This document shows, one piece after another, positions 1 to 10,728 of a stretch of DNA of 64,000 nt. Each line of letters opens with the position of its first letter. Position 1 is the first letter of the stretch. The translations under genes were made by a program, and so were the position numbers. Under the pieces are notes generated by a model. The model had not been told where the DNA came from and made no database searches. It saw only the letters and a list, made by a program, of their open reading frames with translations. Origin of the DNA: an uncultured Alphaproteobacteria bacterium (GTDB taxonomy: Bacteria > Pseudomonadota > Alphaproteobacteria > Rs-D84); contig CASCZI010000007.1 in the NCBI GenBank assembly GCA_949156565.1, forward strand, positions 10,311-74,310. Direction: 5' to 3'.

Positions 1-638
1 AATTCCAATGCCCCCACATCATTTGCCCGTAACCGCCCCAGGGCATTTAACAATTCACCATCATTCTGGCGATAAACCAAATCAAAATCATATTTTTCAA
101 AATGCGCGCGGGCGTACACATGACTATCAAAGAAATAGGCATTGGCATGTCCATATTCTGATGCATAATATGTCGTTGCATCGCGCGTAATCACCGGCGG
201 CAATTGAAACAGATCGCCGATCGCCACCACCTGTAACCCACCAAAGGGCGCATCATTTCGCCGGGCCATTCGTGCCAAAATATCCATCGCATCCAACAAA
301 TCTGGGGCAACCATTGATATTTCATCAATAATCAGAATATCCGCCCCGGTCAAGATATTACGCGGACGCGCCTTTAATTTTAAAAATTCTGGTAAAATGA
401 AATCGCGCGGCTGGATCTGGAACATGGAATGAATGGTCTGGCCACCAATATTCAATGCCGAAACCGCCGTTGGACATGCACAAATAATCCGCTTTGCGGA
501 TGCAGATTTTAAATAATTTACAAATGTTGATTTTCCGGTTCCCGCCTGCCCCAGGATCAAGATATTTGAATGGGATCGTTCAATGGCATTAAACGCGGCC
601 ATCTGGGTTTCATTTAAAATTGGGGCAATCGTGGACAT
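1..638 (-). CDS. PIF1/RecD-like ATP-dependent helicase, N-terminal part (runs off the window)
   Basis: Manual minus-strand translation from ATG 638: MSTIAPILNETQMAAFNAIERSHSNILILGQAGTGKSTF (Walker A), CPTAVSALNIGGQTIHS, LIIDEISMV (Walker B), GDLFQLPPV, VYRQND. Absent from the ORF track because it is open at the edge. Confidence 0.9.
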   Translation of the reverse strand, partial: MSTIAPILNETQMAAFNAIERSHSNILILGQAGTGKSTFVNYLKSASAKRIICACPTAVSALNIGGQTIHSMFQIQPRDFILPEFLKLKARPRNILTGADILIIDEISMVAPDLLDAMDILARMARRNDAPFGGLQVVAIGDLFQLPPVITRDATTYYASEYGHANAYFFDSHVYARAHFEKYDFDLVYRQNDGELLNALGRLRANDVGALE

Positions 639-684
639 GTTCCCATCATGCCATATCCGAATAAAAAATAAAACAAAAAAGATC

Positions 685-712
685 TTGAATCATTCGGCAA
701 AATATGTATAAT
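685..712 (+). promoter_or_regulatory. Sigma70-type promoter of the tRNA gene
   Basis: TTGAAT-N16-TATAAT, ending 10 nt upstream of the tRNA. Confidence 0.6.
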
Positions 713-721
713 GCACGCCGT

Positions 722-798
722 GGGTTAGTAGCTCAGTTGGTTAGAGCGGAGCGCTCATAACGCTTTGGTCGTGGGTTCAAGTCCTACCTAACCCACCA
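722..798 (+). tRNA. tRNA with CAT anticodon, most likely tRNA-Ile2 (lysidine-modified)
   Basis: GGGTTAG/CTAACCC acceptor stem, TAGCTCAGTTGGTTAGAGC D-arm, GAGCG-CTCATAA-CGCTT anticodon arm, GGTTCAAGTCC T-arm, encoded CCA. Ile2 rather than Met is inferred from resemblance to known Ile2 tRNAs. Confidence 0.93.
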
Positions 799-855
799 TG
801 TTGATTGTATTCATGCTGGTCACAAAACAATTGTTTAGTGTGTCGGCCAAGAAAC

Positions 856-920
856 AAAATCCCGCCATTATCACCCATGGGGATAGTTAATCCGTTGTGG
901 GATGATGGTACGGGATTTTT
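856..920 (+). terminator. Long imperfect hairpin with T-tract downstream of the tRNA
   Basis: AAAATCCCG-CCATTATC...GATGATGG-TA-CGGGATTTT followed by T-rich sequence. Confidence 0.55.
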
Positions 921-1035
921 TCTTTTTGATATCCATCACCAATGATTATTATCATTTAGAAATATAATAGCTTATTTTTCGCTTGCATACTAAGTGGGAT
1001 TTTTTCTAGAATACAGAATAAAAGAGAGGACTAAA

Positions 1036-4000
1036 GTGAGAAAAAGCACCAGATTTCTGCACGTTTTTGCATCTTTATTTATGATATTTTTTATCGGTCA
1101 TGCGATCGCCGGATACGATTGTCCCACCACACGGGTTTATGATCGATGTGTGCCTGGGCGGTATTTATCCGACTGTGGCACCGGTCCCTTTGGGACAACA
1201 GAAACATCCGTCACGACACCCAGTGTGGGGAACAGTTGTAAACTATGTCCCGAAAATCATACGTGCGCCGGTGACAATAAATGTCCTGTATTGAATAAAA
1301 TAAAATGCCCGGCCGGTCAATATTTACCAAGGGGCCAAAAAACATGTGCCGCATGCCCAGCGGCGGCGGTTTATTGCCCAGGAAGTGCGGCATTGGGTGA
1401 AAACGACGGATTCACCCCAAGTACTACTGAGGATAAAGGCAAAATAAATTGTCCCACGGGTTATACTGCAAATACAAATGGGGGGAAATCACAAAATACA
1501 CAATGCGAAATAAGTGTGCCCGCCGGTTATTATATTGCAATAGGTGGGGCAAAAACAAAATGTCCGGCTGGGACCGCAAAGGGCAGTCATAACGTTAACT
1601 ATGGCAGTACATCTTCTTGTGTCAACTGTACAGGTGCAACATATTCACTAGAGGGCGCAGCGAGCTGCAGCGCATGTACACAACTTGGTGCCATATACAA
1701 TGACGCAACGATCCCGACACATAACCGTCCAGAATCTTGTCGGGCAAATGTGCCGGCCGGGAAACAATTAACGGAAAGGGGTCAAAACTTTACGGATTGC
1801 GATCTGGGCACATATGCGGATTCTGTCAGACCGACAAACTTTGGATCGGCGGGCATGTGTGCATATTGTCTCGGGGCAAAATATACCAATGCCACCAAAG
1901 GGGCAACAGCCTGTACGGATTGTCCGGATCCATACATATATGATACAACAACAATTAAAACCTCTGTTAACCAATGCAAGGTTCAATTGCCGGGCGGCAA
2001 ATACATCAAAGATGCCGGCGCGGGATTACATGATTGCTATGACCCGATATTTAAACCAGAGGGCAATTGTGATACGACGGATTGTGATAAGCGTTATTAC
2101 TGTCCGGCAAATCAAGTTTTCAGCTATGGCGAAACTGGGGGACGTAATGAATGTATGCGTTTCTATAACCGAACAGATGAAAACGCCAACCTCACGAACC
2201 AGACCGAATGTAAAATAAATATCAGTTCTGGCATGCAATTGGAAACGGCCGAAACATTTGACATGGAATATTGTGCCCAAGGAACATTCCGCGATGGCGA
2301 AGTTGACGTCAACTGGGGCGAATTGGGGCCTCAGTGCGAAATATGTACCGAAAATACCTATGCAGAAAACATGGGTGCACATAAATGCCGACCATGTAAT
2401 ACGGGATACACCACGCGGGGTAATGACATCACCGATCATGACAACGTGACCGATTGTAAAATTGATTGTACCCCTGGGACATATGTTGCCACGGCGGGTG
2501 AAATATGTACCACGGTTCCTGATGGTACGTATATGCCGAATTCCACAACTGTTCCCCAGACACGTGTTAATGGCGATGACGACCTGCCGACACCTGTGGC
2601 ATGTCCGGTGGGGGATGGATTGAATGACGATTATGATTTGACCTATGAAATCCACAGTGCGCCCCCGCGGTCTGCGGTTGAAAATTGTTATAACCAATGT
2701 CCGGAACCGTGGGAAATTGCTGGCGGAACGATGGAATATGCCACTGGTTTATTACAAGGCATGACCATCACCAATCCATACGCGGACAATTATGCAAATG
2801 ATTATAACACGTCCGGCCAGATGTATTACATCAACAATACATATGGTATGTGCACGTATCGTTCAACATGCGAAAGTCCACTCTATTACGACTTTAACAG
2901 CCCGGGCCCAGACCCCATATGTCAAATGAAACAGTGCCCGAGTGACAATTATTGTCCCGATGGGGATCCGATGGTGCATCCATGCCCCACAGATCCAGTT
3001 GATAATAACCCCGGAAATTCAAACGCCGGCAGCAAGGATGCATCCCAATGCTATCACAATCATGCGGTGGTGGGCGGCGATTTGACCAATGTGTTTGAAT
3101 TTGGGACGGCCCGTGAAACATGTTTTTGGAATAAACAAGACGAAAAATACAGTGCCAGTTGCCGTATTGATATTGCCGAAGTGACATGCGATGCCGGGTA
3201 TTTCTATTATGAAAATTCCCAGGATTACCAATGTCATGAGGTGGGTGATAAATACTATAGCCCACGCGGCAGTACCACACGTTTCGAATGCCCGAACCCA
3301 ACCGAAGACATAACCAACTATGTTTACACAAATGGGTCGGATGCCGAAATGGGTCGTGGCGAAATATCGACTTGTTTCCAGATATGTGACCGACCAGTGG
3401 CCCATTCAGAACAGGTTGTTGCATCACAAACACGGGTTTATTATACCAATGGGGCATATCCACTGTGTTCGTACGACGTTATGTGCCATACGGGGTACAC
3501 GGTAAATAAAAATAACACCGATATTCCATCATGTGATCCGAACCGATATGAAATCACATTGGATCGTAACGAAGGAACCGGTGCAACACCCGACACGACA
3601 ACCTGTACATTCGACAATGGATCTTGCTTCTTACCAGCAACAACGCCATTAAATCGTGCCGGATATCAGAACATGAATCAATGGTGCACGGCCGCCGATG
3701 GAACTGGAACGTGTTATGATGCGGGAACAACCGTGGCGACAAATATTTCGGCAACCGGGTCGGCCATCACTCTTTATGCCAAATGGTCACCACGCGTGTA
3801 CAAGGTTCGTTTGGATCACCAAGGTGCCGAAATTGCGGGCGCACCCGAAGACGTGTATTTAAAATATGACACGGCATGGTTTATTGACGAATATGCCAAT
3901 ACCCGTATCAAACAATTGACCACGCGCCCGGAACGCAACGGATATGCGTTTGATGGATATTATACCAAACCAAAACCAACATCCGCCGATGGCAAGGTTA

Positions 4001-5136
4001 TTCGACCGACCCCAGACAACGATGCAATTCGTCTGATTAATGATCGTGGGGAATTTGAAATGACCGTTGGGGCATTGGAATTTACGACAATGATGGGCAC
4101 CAACCAGGTTTATGCATGGTGGACGCCAGCCGTGACACAATGCGCGCCAGGAACATATTATCATGATATGGTGGGTTGCGTGACGTGCGAACAAAACCAT
4201 TATTGTCCGGGCGGAAATTTTGACACAGAATCCGGTAACCAAGGCCATGAACGCTGCGACACCCTGGGAGATGGGGGATGGAACCAAACGGAAACAATCG
4301 GAAATTCCATGCCAGAGGCATGTTATCGCACCTGTGTTGCCTATGACATTGAATACGGAACCGCAAACCCACATAATGCGACCGAAAATTGGCCCACAGA
4401 ATGCACATTCTATGGTATATCTGATACCGGAAATCCGTGTGATATTGAAAACGGGCGGTGTGTTGAAAAATTCTGTAACAGCGATTACGAATTGCTTAAC
4501 GGATATTGTACACCATGCGAACGTGACAATGCGGTTGAATATAAACCGGGTGCGAATTGTCAAATCGCCAGCTGTGTTGCCGGATATCATCCCAACACCA
4601 GTGGACGCGCATGTGAAGATGACACAATGGAATGCACCATTCCCAATGCAGTACGCGCAGAAAAAGTGTGGGATCCTGTTAAAAAGGCATTTTCCGATTG
4701 CGTGGTGATTGAATGTGAATTGGGATATCATATGTTGAACGGAACATGCGTTGTTGACCAAGAATCGTGTACCGTGGATCATGGAATTGGAACCCGTGAA
4801 TGGGATGCGGTCGCAGGCGCATGGGGACCATGTGTGGCCACAATGTGCGACGCGGGTTACACCAACGATCCCGCTGAATCTGAAAACCCAACCGCACAAT
4901 GCGGTAGATGCCGGAATTATTACAGCATCTTGGGTCAACCGGCCGCATCCAGTTATGTCAAAGGGTGCGAATTGGCGTCATGCCTGTACAGCGGTGAACT
5001 CTATATCCTTCAGGATAACGAATGTGTTCCGATTTGCGACATTGATGGCCGCGAAGACGATACCGGAACAATGAAATGGAATCCGGTTACCAAAAAGTGC
5101 GATCGGGTTTGCAAACCTGGATATGCCATGTGGTAA
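1036..5136 (+). CDS. Large secreted Cys-rich repeat surface protein (TNFR/GCC2-GCC3-like CxxC repeats, Listeria-Bacteroides-type repeats)
   Basis: ORF 994..5136; likely GTG start at 1036 after AGAGGA. N-terminal signal peptide, many CPAGxY/CxxC/GxYC motifs, and YxITLDxNxG...ITLYAKW repeat-like modules. Confidence 0.85.
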   Translation: MRKSTRFLHVFASLFMIFFIGHAIAGYDCPTTRVYDRCVPGRYLSDCGTGPFGTTETSVTTPSVGNSCKLCPENHTCAGDNKCPVLNKIKCPAGQYLPRGQKTCAACPAAAVYCPGSAALGENDGFTPSTTEDKGKINCPTGYTANTNGGKSQNTQCEISVPAGYYIAIGGAKTKCPAGTAKGSHNVNYGSTSSCVNCTGATYSLEGAASCSACTQLGAIYNDATIPTHNRPESCRANVPAGKQLTERGQNFTDCDLGTYADSVRPTNFGSAGMCAYCLGAKYTNATKGATACTDCPDPYIYDTTTIKTSVNQCKVQLPGGKYIKDAGAGLHDCYDPIFKPEGNCDTTDCDKRYYCPANQVFSYGETGGRNECMRFYNRTDENANLTNQTECKINISSGMQLETAETFDMEYCAQGTFRDGEVDVNWGELGPQCEICTENTYAENMGAHKCRPCNTGYTTRGNDITDHDNVTDCKIDCTPGTYVATAGEICTTVPDGTYMPNSTTVPQTRVNGDDDLPTPVACPVGDGLNDDYDLTYEIHSAPPRSAVENCYNQCPEPWEIAGGTMEYATGLLQGMTITNPYADNYANDYNTSGQMYYINNTYGMCTYRSTCESPLYYDFNSPGPDPICQMKQCPSDNYCPDGDPMVHPCPTDPVDNNPGNSNAGSKDASQCYHNHAVVGGDLTNVFEFGTARETCFWNKQDEKYSASCRIDIAEVTCDAGYFYYENSQDYQCHEVGDKYYSPRGSTTRFECPNPTEDITNYVYTNGSDAEMGRGEISTCFQICDRPVAHSEQVVASQTRVYYTNGAYPLCSYDVMCHTGYTVNKNNTDIPSCDPNRYEITLDRNEGTGATPDTTTCTFDNGSCFLPATTPLNRAGYQNMNQWCTAADGTGTCYDAGTTVATNISATGSAITLYAKWSPRVYKVRLDHQGAEIAGAPEDVYLKYDTAWFIDEYANTRIKQLTTRPERNGYAFDGYYTKPKPTSADGKVIRPTPDNDAIRLINDRGEFEMTVGALEFTTMMGTNQVYAWWTPAVTQCAPGTYYHDMVGCVTCEQNHYCPGGNFDTESGNQGHERCDTLGDGGWNQTETIGNSMPEACYRTCVAYDIEYGTANPHNATENWPTECTFYGISDTGNPCDIENGRCVEKFCNSDYELLNGYCTPCERDNAVEYKPGANCQIASCVAGYHPNTSGRACEDDTMECTIPNAVRAEKVWDPVKKAFSDCVVIECELGYHMLNGTCVVDQESCTVDHGIGTREWDAVAGAWGPCVATMCDAGYTNDPAESENPTAQCGRCRNYYSILGQPAASSYVKGCELASCLYSGELYILQDNECVPICDIDGREDDTGTMKWNPVTKKCDRVCKPGYAMW

Positions 5137-5165
5137 AAAAATCCCCCCATTTGGGGGATTTTTTT
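5137..5165 (+). terminator. Intrinsic (bidirectional-type) terminator
   Basis: AAAAAATCCCCC-CATTT-GGGGGATTTTTT immediately after the stop codon. Confidence 0.8.
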
Positions 5166-5358
5166 ATCGACAATGATACAATCCACCCCACCCCAATTGT
5201 TCGGCATATGAATGATGCGTAACCATTGCCCACCGCGATATGGCATGCACGAAATCATTTATATGATACCCCACCCCCATATCAGACAGAATAAAAATCA
5301 AATTTTCCCCAAACTGAATCATCTAGATTTTTCCGCACATTCATGCCATAATCAAAAC

Positions 5359-6525
5359 ATGCAACATTACGACGTTATTATTATTGGGGCGGGTGCGGCC
5401 GGTTTGACCGCCGCCGCACAATGTGTGTCCCATGGGGTTCGTACGGCTGTATTGGACATGGGGCGTGCCCCCGCGCGCAAGGTTCGTGTATCGGGCGGCG
5501 GACGGTGCAACATCACGAATACGGCGGCATCCCGCGATCGGTATTTTGGTGAAAATCCGGATTTTGTCCGCGGTATTTTGGCCCGCGTCACCCCCCAGGA
5601 TATATTGACATGGGCAACCGAACATAATCTGGGGGCGCGGGAAAATGATCCAGGACGCTTTTTCTGTGATGCCGGTGCCGCGGCGGTGGTCGATGCATTG
5701 GCCCACGATGCCCGTGGCGCCGACATATTTTATGAAACCCATGTCCATGATATTGAACATCATGCGGGTATTTTCACCATAAAAACATCCCGTGATCTGT
5801 TTTCGGGAACACGCGTCATTGTGGCGTCGGGGGGTATATCGTATCCCAATCTTGGGGTTTCGGATTTGGGATATCGCATTGCCAAAAAATTTGGTCATAA
5901 AATTGTCCCGCCCCGCCCTGGATTAACCCCAATTCATACATCGGTCATGCCCACCGAATTGGCCGGAATCTCATTAAACGTAGCCATACATATCGGACGC
6001 GCCGTGGTTTCAGATGCATTGTTATTAACCCATAATGGCATTGGTGGACCGGCGGCATACCGAACATCATTATATGATTTAACCGGGGGCATCACGATTG
6101 ATTTTTGCCCCGACGTTGATATGAACACATACATGACGACCGCCCGGATGGCAAACGGCCGACGCACCGTCGCCACAACATTATCAGAATGGATGCCAAT
6201 GCGTTTGGCCCGATGGTTGGCGGGCAATATTGCCGATATGCGGATCGCGGACCTGAATATATCCCAGATCCGGGATATCGTTGCCCGCACCCATAATTTT
6301 TATATTGCGCCCGATACCATGACCCGCGCTTCTTTCACCGGGGCCGAGGTTACATTTGGCGGCGTTGATACCCATGATATTTCCCCGCGCACATTGGAAT
6401 CCAAACGGTGTCCTGGTTTATATTTCGTCGGCGAAGTATTGGATATTACCGGCGATCTGGGGGGATTTAATTTACAGTGGGCATGGTCTTCGGGGCGTGT
6501 GGCCGCGATGGCGGCAACGAATTAA
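5359..6525 (+). CDS. HI0933/YhiN-family NAD(P)/FAD-dependent oxidoreductase
   Basis: MQHYDVIIIGAGAAG dinucleotide-binding motif, KVRVSGGGRCNITN, ASGGISYPNLG, EVTFGGV, GLYFVGEVLDITGDLGGFNLQWAWSSG. The start at 5359 is chosen within ORF 5212..6525. Confidence 0.92.
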   Translation: MQHYDVIIIGAGAAGLTAAAQCVSHGVRTAVLDMGRAPARKVRVSGGGRCNITNTAASRDRYFGENPDFVRGILARVTPQDILTWATEHNLGARENDPGRFFCDAGAAAVVDALAHDARGADIFYETHVHDIEHHAGIFTIKTSRDLFSGTRVIVASGGISYPNLGVSDLGYRIAKKFGHKIVPPRPGLTPIHTSVMPTELAGISLNVAIHIGRAVVSDALLLTHNGIGGPAAYRTSLYDLTGGITIDFCPDVDMNTYMTTARMANGRRTVATTLSEWMPMRLARWLAGNIADMRIADLNISQIRDIVARTHNFYIAPDTMTRASFTGAEVTFGGVDTHDISPRTLESKRCPGLYFVGEVLDITGDLGGFNLQWAWSSGRVAAMAATN

Positions 6526-6567
6526 AACCTATGGCAGAAACGGATTTTATCCGGCATACTGTCCCGC

Positions 6568-7491
6568 ATGAGAGAACAAGTATTCACCGCATCTGATGGC
6601 AAAAAAATTATATGCAGTCTGTGGGCCAATGTTTCCGGCACTCCACGGGGCGTTGTTCAAATTATTCACGGGATGGATGAACATGTTGGTCGATACGATC
6701 GCTTTGCACGTTTTTTAAATAAAAACGGTTTTATCGTTTGGGGTGATGATCATCGGGCCCATGGCCGTACCGCAGGCGACATCCAAGAAATTGGATTGGT
6801 CATGGACGATTCAGACCTGTTTTCATCTATTGTATCTGATGAATTAGAAATATTGACCTATTTACGGGAACGGTTTAATGTACCGGTGTTTTTATTTGGC
6901 CACAGCTATGGCAGTTTTATTACCCAATCTGTCATATCACAAACCCGGGCGCATTCGGGTGTTATATTGATGGGAACGGCACGTTACCCACGCGCCATGG
7001 TACGTTTGGCATTTTATGTCGCATGCATTGGGACATTTATGGGGGGACGCAACGCACCGGCACGATTACTGGAATATTTTTCGCCCATTCGATCGCGCCC
7101 GGGCCGCCCCAGCAAGTTAACCCGCGACCCGGCCCAAGTTATCGCCCACGATCGTGATCCCATGCGGGCCAAACACTTTTCATATGGATTTTATAAATCA
7201 TTATTTAAAAATTTATTGAAAATGCGCTATTGTGCAAATCAAGATATTCCATTGGTGGTGATGGCGGGCGATCATGATGCCGTTGGTGGTTATGCCAAAT
7301 ATGCATTTGCGTTATATGAAACATATGTCATGCGGGTGCGTAACACATCTATGTACATTTATCCTGATGCCCGTCATGAATTGTTAATGGAACTCAATTA
7401 TGCCGATGTGATGGACGATGCATTACAATTTATTAATGCGGCACGACTTAACGCCGACCGCATTAACCGATGCGCTATTGTGTGGGAATAA
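6568..7491 (+). CDS. Alpha/beta hydrolase (lysophospholipase/Hydrolase_4 family)
   Basis: QIIHGMDEH, DDHRAHGRT, nucleophile elbow GHSYG, ARHELL. Confidence 0.88.
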   Translation: MREQVFTASDGKKIICSLWANVSGTPRGVVQIIHGMDEHVGRYDRFARFLNKNGFIVWGDDHRAHGRTAGDIQEIGLVMDDSDLFSSIVSDELEILTYLRERFNVPVFLFGHSYGSFITQSVISQTRAHSGVILMGTARYPRAMVRLAFYVACIGTFMGGRNAPARLLEYFSPIRSRPGRPSKLTRDPAQVIAHDRDPMRAKHFSYGFYKSLFKNLLKMRYCANQDIPLVVMAGDHDAVGGYAKYAFALYETYVMRVRNTSMYIYPDARHELLMELNYADVMDDALQFINAARLNADRINRCAIVWE

Positions 7492-7496
7492 ACGTA

Positions 7497-8081
7497 TTAA
7501 TTCTGGGCGGCCAAATCACGGGCAATATCCCCCGCCAATTTGTCCATTAAATTCCCCATCATCCCGGCGTATTCGCCATATGTATCCCCCATATGGGCCG
7601 TGTAATTCACCACCCGGGGACGGGCCAATTCACCATTTTTGCCAATGGTATAGACCGCCGATAACCGCCCCATTCCACCCAATGTGCCATCCATCTGATT
7701 AATTTCAACAAAAACAGAATAATCCCCGGCCGGACCGGCAAAGTTTGCATCTTTGATTGATGCCGATGGTAAACGCGTCGATAATTCTGAAATCAAACGC
7801 CGTTGAATCATGCCGCCCAGGCCTTCGGCCCATCGATTGTCTTGGGATACAAAGACATTGACACCATTGCGTGTGACCATTTGTGGGCGATCAATATATT
7901 CGGCAACACGCACACGGGATACGTCCACCGTCATGGGCGACGTTTGATGGGTAATACACGTCCCGTCATCCATTGTGCAATTCATCCCCGACCCAAATGT
8001 ATAAAACGACGGTTCCGGACTGCGTCCGCCCATACATCCCGCCAACATTATAGTTGCCAAAATTGCCCATGTTTTTTTCAT
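7497..8081 (-). CDS. PqiC-like ABC-transport auxiliary lipoprotein
   Basis: Lipobox LAGC, AEYIDRPQMV and NRWAE motifs; last gene of the Mla-like operon. Confidence 0.8.
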   Translation of the reverse strand: MKKTWAILATIMLAGCMGGRSPEPSFYTFGSGMNCTMDDGTCITHQTSPMTVDVSRVRVAEYIDRPQMVTRNGVNVFVSQDNRWAEGLGGMIQRRLISELSTRLPSASIKDANFAGPAGDYSVFVEINQMDGTLGGMGRLSAVYTIGKNGELARPRVVNYTAHMGDTYGEYAGMMGNLMDKLAGDIARDLAAQN

Positions 8082-8084
8082 GAT

Positions 8085-8834
8085 TTATTTCCCCTTTATT
8101 AATGATTCTGGATGACGTTCCAAATAATCTGCCAAATTTCGGATCGCATTGGCGGCACGACTGATATCATCAACCGCGGCGTTAAAGTTATTTAATGTTG
8201 CCGCCGATTTACCCGCCAAATCACGACTGACCCGGACGGCGGGTGCCAAAACATCTTTTAATTCTTTTAATGTTTGATTCATGTTATCCACCACTTCGCG
8301 GATTGGAATATCAGAAACATTTGCCGATAATTCCCCAAGTGACGATAACACCGTGGGAATTTCCAAAATATCCCCCGTTCCATCCCCGGTTATGGTTGTG
8401 GCACGTCCCGGCTTTACATTCAATTCAATCATCAATTGTCCGGTTAAGATACTCTGGCTTATTAATTGGCCGTATAACCCCCGTTCAATCAATGCCGTTA
8501 CCATTTTATCTTCGTCCCAATGGTGTCCATCTGCCGCGGCCGAAATACTCTTGGAAATATTATTAAATGTCACATAAACCGGTATTGTAAATTCATATGT
8601 GGATACATTGGGAACGATTTCGATTTTGACGACTTTGCCCACCTCTACCCCGTTTAAAACCACAGGTGCCCCAACCGATAATCCCTTGATTGATTCATGA
8701 AAATACATCACATACAAATCATGATGCGATCCGCGTATTCCCAATCCCAACGCCAACGCCACAATGACCAAGAATGTAATAATCCCCCCAAGGATAAATG
8801 CCCCTATTCTTTTCTTGTTTGGTTTATGTTTCAT
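8085..8834 (-). CDS. MlaD/MCE-family protein
   Basis: N-terminal TM helix, SIKGLSVGAPVVLNGVEVGKV, LLTG-like segment and C-terminal LERHPESLIKG. Confidence 0.88.
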   Translation of the reverse strand: MKHKPNKKRIGAFILGGIITFLVIVALALGLGIRGSHHDLYVMYFHESIKGLSVGAPVVLNGVEVGKVVKIEIVPNVSTYEFTIPVYVTFNNISKSISAAADGHHWDEDKMVTALIERGLYGQLISQSILTGQLMIELNVKPGRATTITGDGTGDILEIPTVLSSLGELSANVSDIPIREVVDNMNQTLKELKDVLAPAVRVSRDLAGKSAATLNNFNAAVDDISRAANAIRNLADYLERHPESLIKGK

Positions 8835-9595
8835 TTTGTTCCCTTTGCCCGTGTTAAAAATTGTTCAACTGTATCATTTGGTGGATAACGCAATAGATGA
8901 CGCGGATCACCATGTGCAATAATGCCACGCGTCTGGGCGTCAATAAAGATGGAATTATTCGCAATCGTGAATATAGATTCAAGTTCATGCGATACAATAA
9001 CAATTGTCGTACCCAATGCGCGATTAATTTGTAAAATTAAATCGTCCAACGCCCGTGATGATACCGGATCCAGCCCCGCCGACGGTTCATCAAAGAAAAC
9101 AATTTCCGGATCCAATGCCAATGCCCGGGCCAGACCTGCACGCTTTTTCATACCCCCACTTAACGCGGATGGATAAAAATCAGCACATGCATTTAATCCA
9201 ACCAAATCCAGCTTTAGCGTCACAATATCATTGATCATTTCGTTGGAATAATCCGTGTATTGATGTAATGGCAATGCGATATTTTCACCCACCGTCATTG
9301 ATCCAAACAAGGCACCCGATTGAAACAAAACCCCAACACGGCGCATAATCTGGGTCCGCATGGCGGCCGATGCCGCCGTCATGTCGTGACCCGCCATCAT
9401 GATTTGTCCCGATATCGGTGGCACCAGCCCCGTTAACGCACGCAACAACGTACTTTTCCCAGAACCACTGCCCCCCATAATGGCAAAGATATCACCTGCA
9501 TGAACATCAAATGTCATATTTTCCATTAATGGCACATCATCATAACCGATGGTCAAATTTTTGACGGAAATAATGGGTTTCTTTTGTTGTGTCAT
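8831..9595 (-). CDS. MlaF-like ABC transporter ATP-binding protein
   Basis: GGSGSGKST, LSGGMKKRAGLARALALDP, FFDEPSAGLDP; ATGA overlaps with both neighbours. Confidence 0.92.
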   Translation of the reverse strand: MTQQKKPIISVKNLTIGYDDVPLMENMTFDVHAGDIFAIMGGSGSGKSTLLRALTGLVPPISGQIMMAGHDMTAASAAMRTQIMRRVGVLFQSGALFGSMTVGENIALPLHQYTDYSNEMINDIVTLKLDLVGLNACADFYPSALSGGMKKRAGLARALALDPEIVFFDEPSAGLDPVSSRALDDLILQINRALGTTIVIVSHELESIFTIANNSIFIDAQTRGIIAHGDPRHLLRYPPNDTVEQFLTRAKGTK

Positions 9596-10728
9596 ATGCC
9601 CAGTACCTCGAACAAAAATGTAATTATACCGGTGGCAACCACCATCCAAACAATCGACATCACAACCGCGCGCGTCGTAACCGCCCCCACCGCATTCGCA
9701 TTACGCCCCGAATTAATCCCATAATAACATCCGCACAACGCAATAATCACCCCATAAACAAATCCGTGAAAAATCCCAACCATGAAATTCTGTAACCCCA
9801 ATGCGTCCATGGTATAGGACATGTATTCCGGCAACGGAATATGAAACATCAAAACCCCAACGGCCATTCCGCCCAATATGGCCATCGCATCCGCCAACAA
9901 TGTCAATATGGGCATGGACACCACCATCGCAATCACACGTGGTAATACCAAAAAATCCGTCCGACTGATCCCCATGGTACGCAATGCATCTAATTCTTCG
10001 TTTGCCTGCATCGTGCCAATTGTTGCCGCATACGACGCCCCGGTACGCCCCGCCATGATAATACCGGTCATCATGGCCCCCATAATACGTATTGCGGCAA
10101 TGGCAACCAAACTGGCCACGTATACTTGGGCGCCAAATAATTTTAACTGTGCGGCCCCCACAAAGGCCAATATAAGACCGATAAGAAAACTGATTAACGA
10201 AACGATTAAAATGGCGCACGGTCCCACATCATCAAACGCCATCCACCAATCCATGGCCCGCGTTTGGGCACGCCCACGAAACATCCGTCCCAACGAAACA
10301 AAAACATCCCCCACAAATGCAAATGCGCGGCGAACCGCCCCATACATATGGTAACCCCAATCCCCCAAATGTTCAATGCGCGTCATCGGGACCGGTGCAT
10401 TGGGCATCATACAGGCCGCACGTCCCGACATCTTGATCAATTCGACAACCCCCGCCGGCATAGATGCAAACCGGAATTTTATTTTTTGCCGTGCACCCAT
10501 CTGCATAAAACGACGTAATTGAACGATCAACACACTGTCCCATGATGTAATTGCACCCCCATCGATCTGCACACTATGAACCGACCCATCGGTTATCCGA
10601 CGTAATACCCCATCCCATGCATCCATATGGGAACCCCGCATATCACCGGTCAATGTGATATTTAATTGACGATCTGAAACAGAAATACGAATGGTCACGG
10701 TGTGATATTGCCCCCCCTGATACACCAC
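9592..10728 (-). CDS. MlaE-family permease with N-terminal STAS-like domain
   Basis: IMAGRTGASYAATIGTMQANEELDALRTMGI, AVGAVTTRAVV; GTG start. Confidence 0.9.
   Translation of the reverse strand: MVYQGGQYHTVTIRISVSDRQLNITLTGDMRGSHMDAWDGVLRRITDGSVHSVQIDGGAITSWDSVLIVQLRRFMQMGARQKIKFRFASMPAGVVELIKMSGRAACMMPNAPVPMTRIEHLGDWGYHMYGAVRRAFAFVGDVFVSLGRMFRGRAQTRAMDWWMAFDDVGPCAILIVSLISFLIGLILAFVGAAQLKLFGAQVYVASLVAIAAIRIMGAMMTGIIMAGRTGASYAATIGTMQANEELDALRTMGISRTDFLVLPRVIAMVVSMPILTLLADAMAILGGMAVGVLMFHIPLPEYMSYTMDALGLQNFMVGIFHGFVYGVIIALCGCYYGINSGRNANAVGAVTTRAVVMSIVWMVVATGIITFLFEVLGI

Noticed and set aside
5212-5358. N-terminal extension of the HI0933 ORF
   Set aside because: The family fold begins at MQHYDVIIIG (5359); the extension is low-complexity intergenic sequence.
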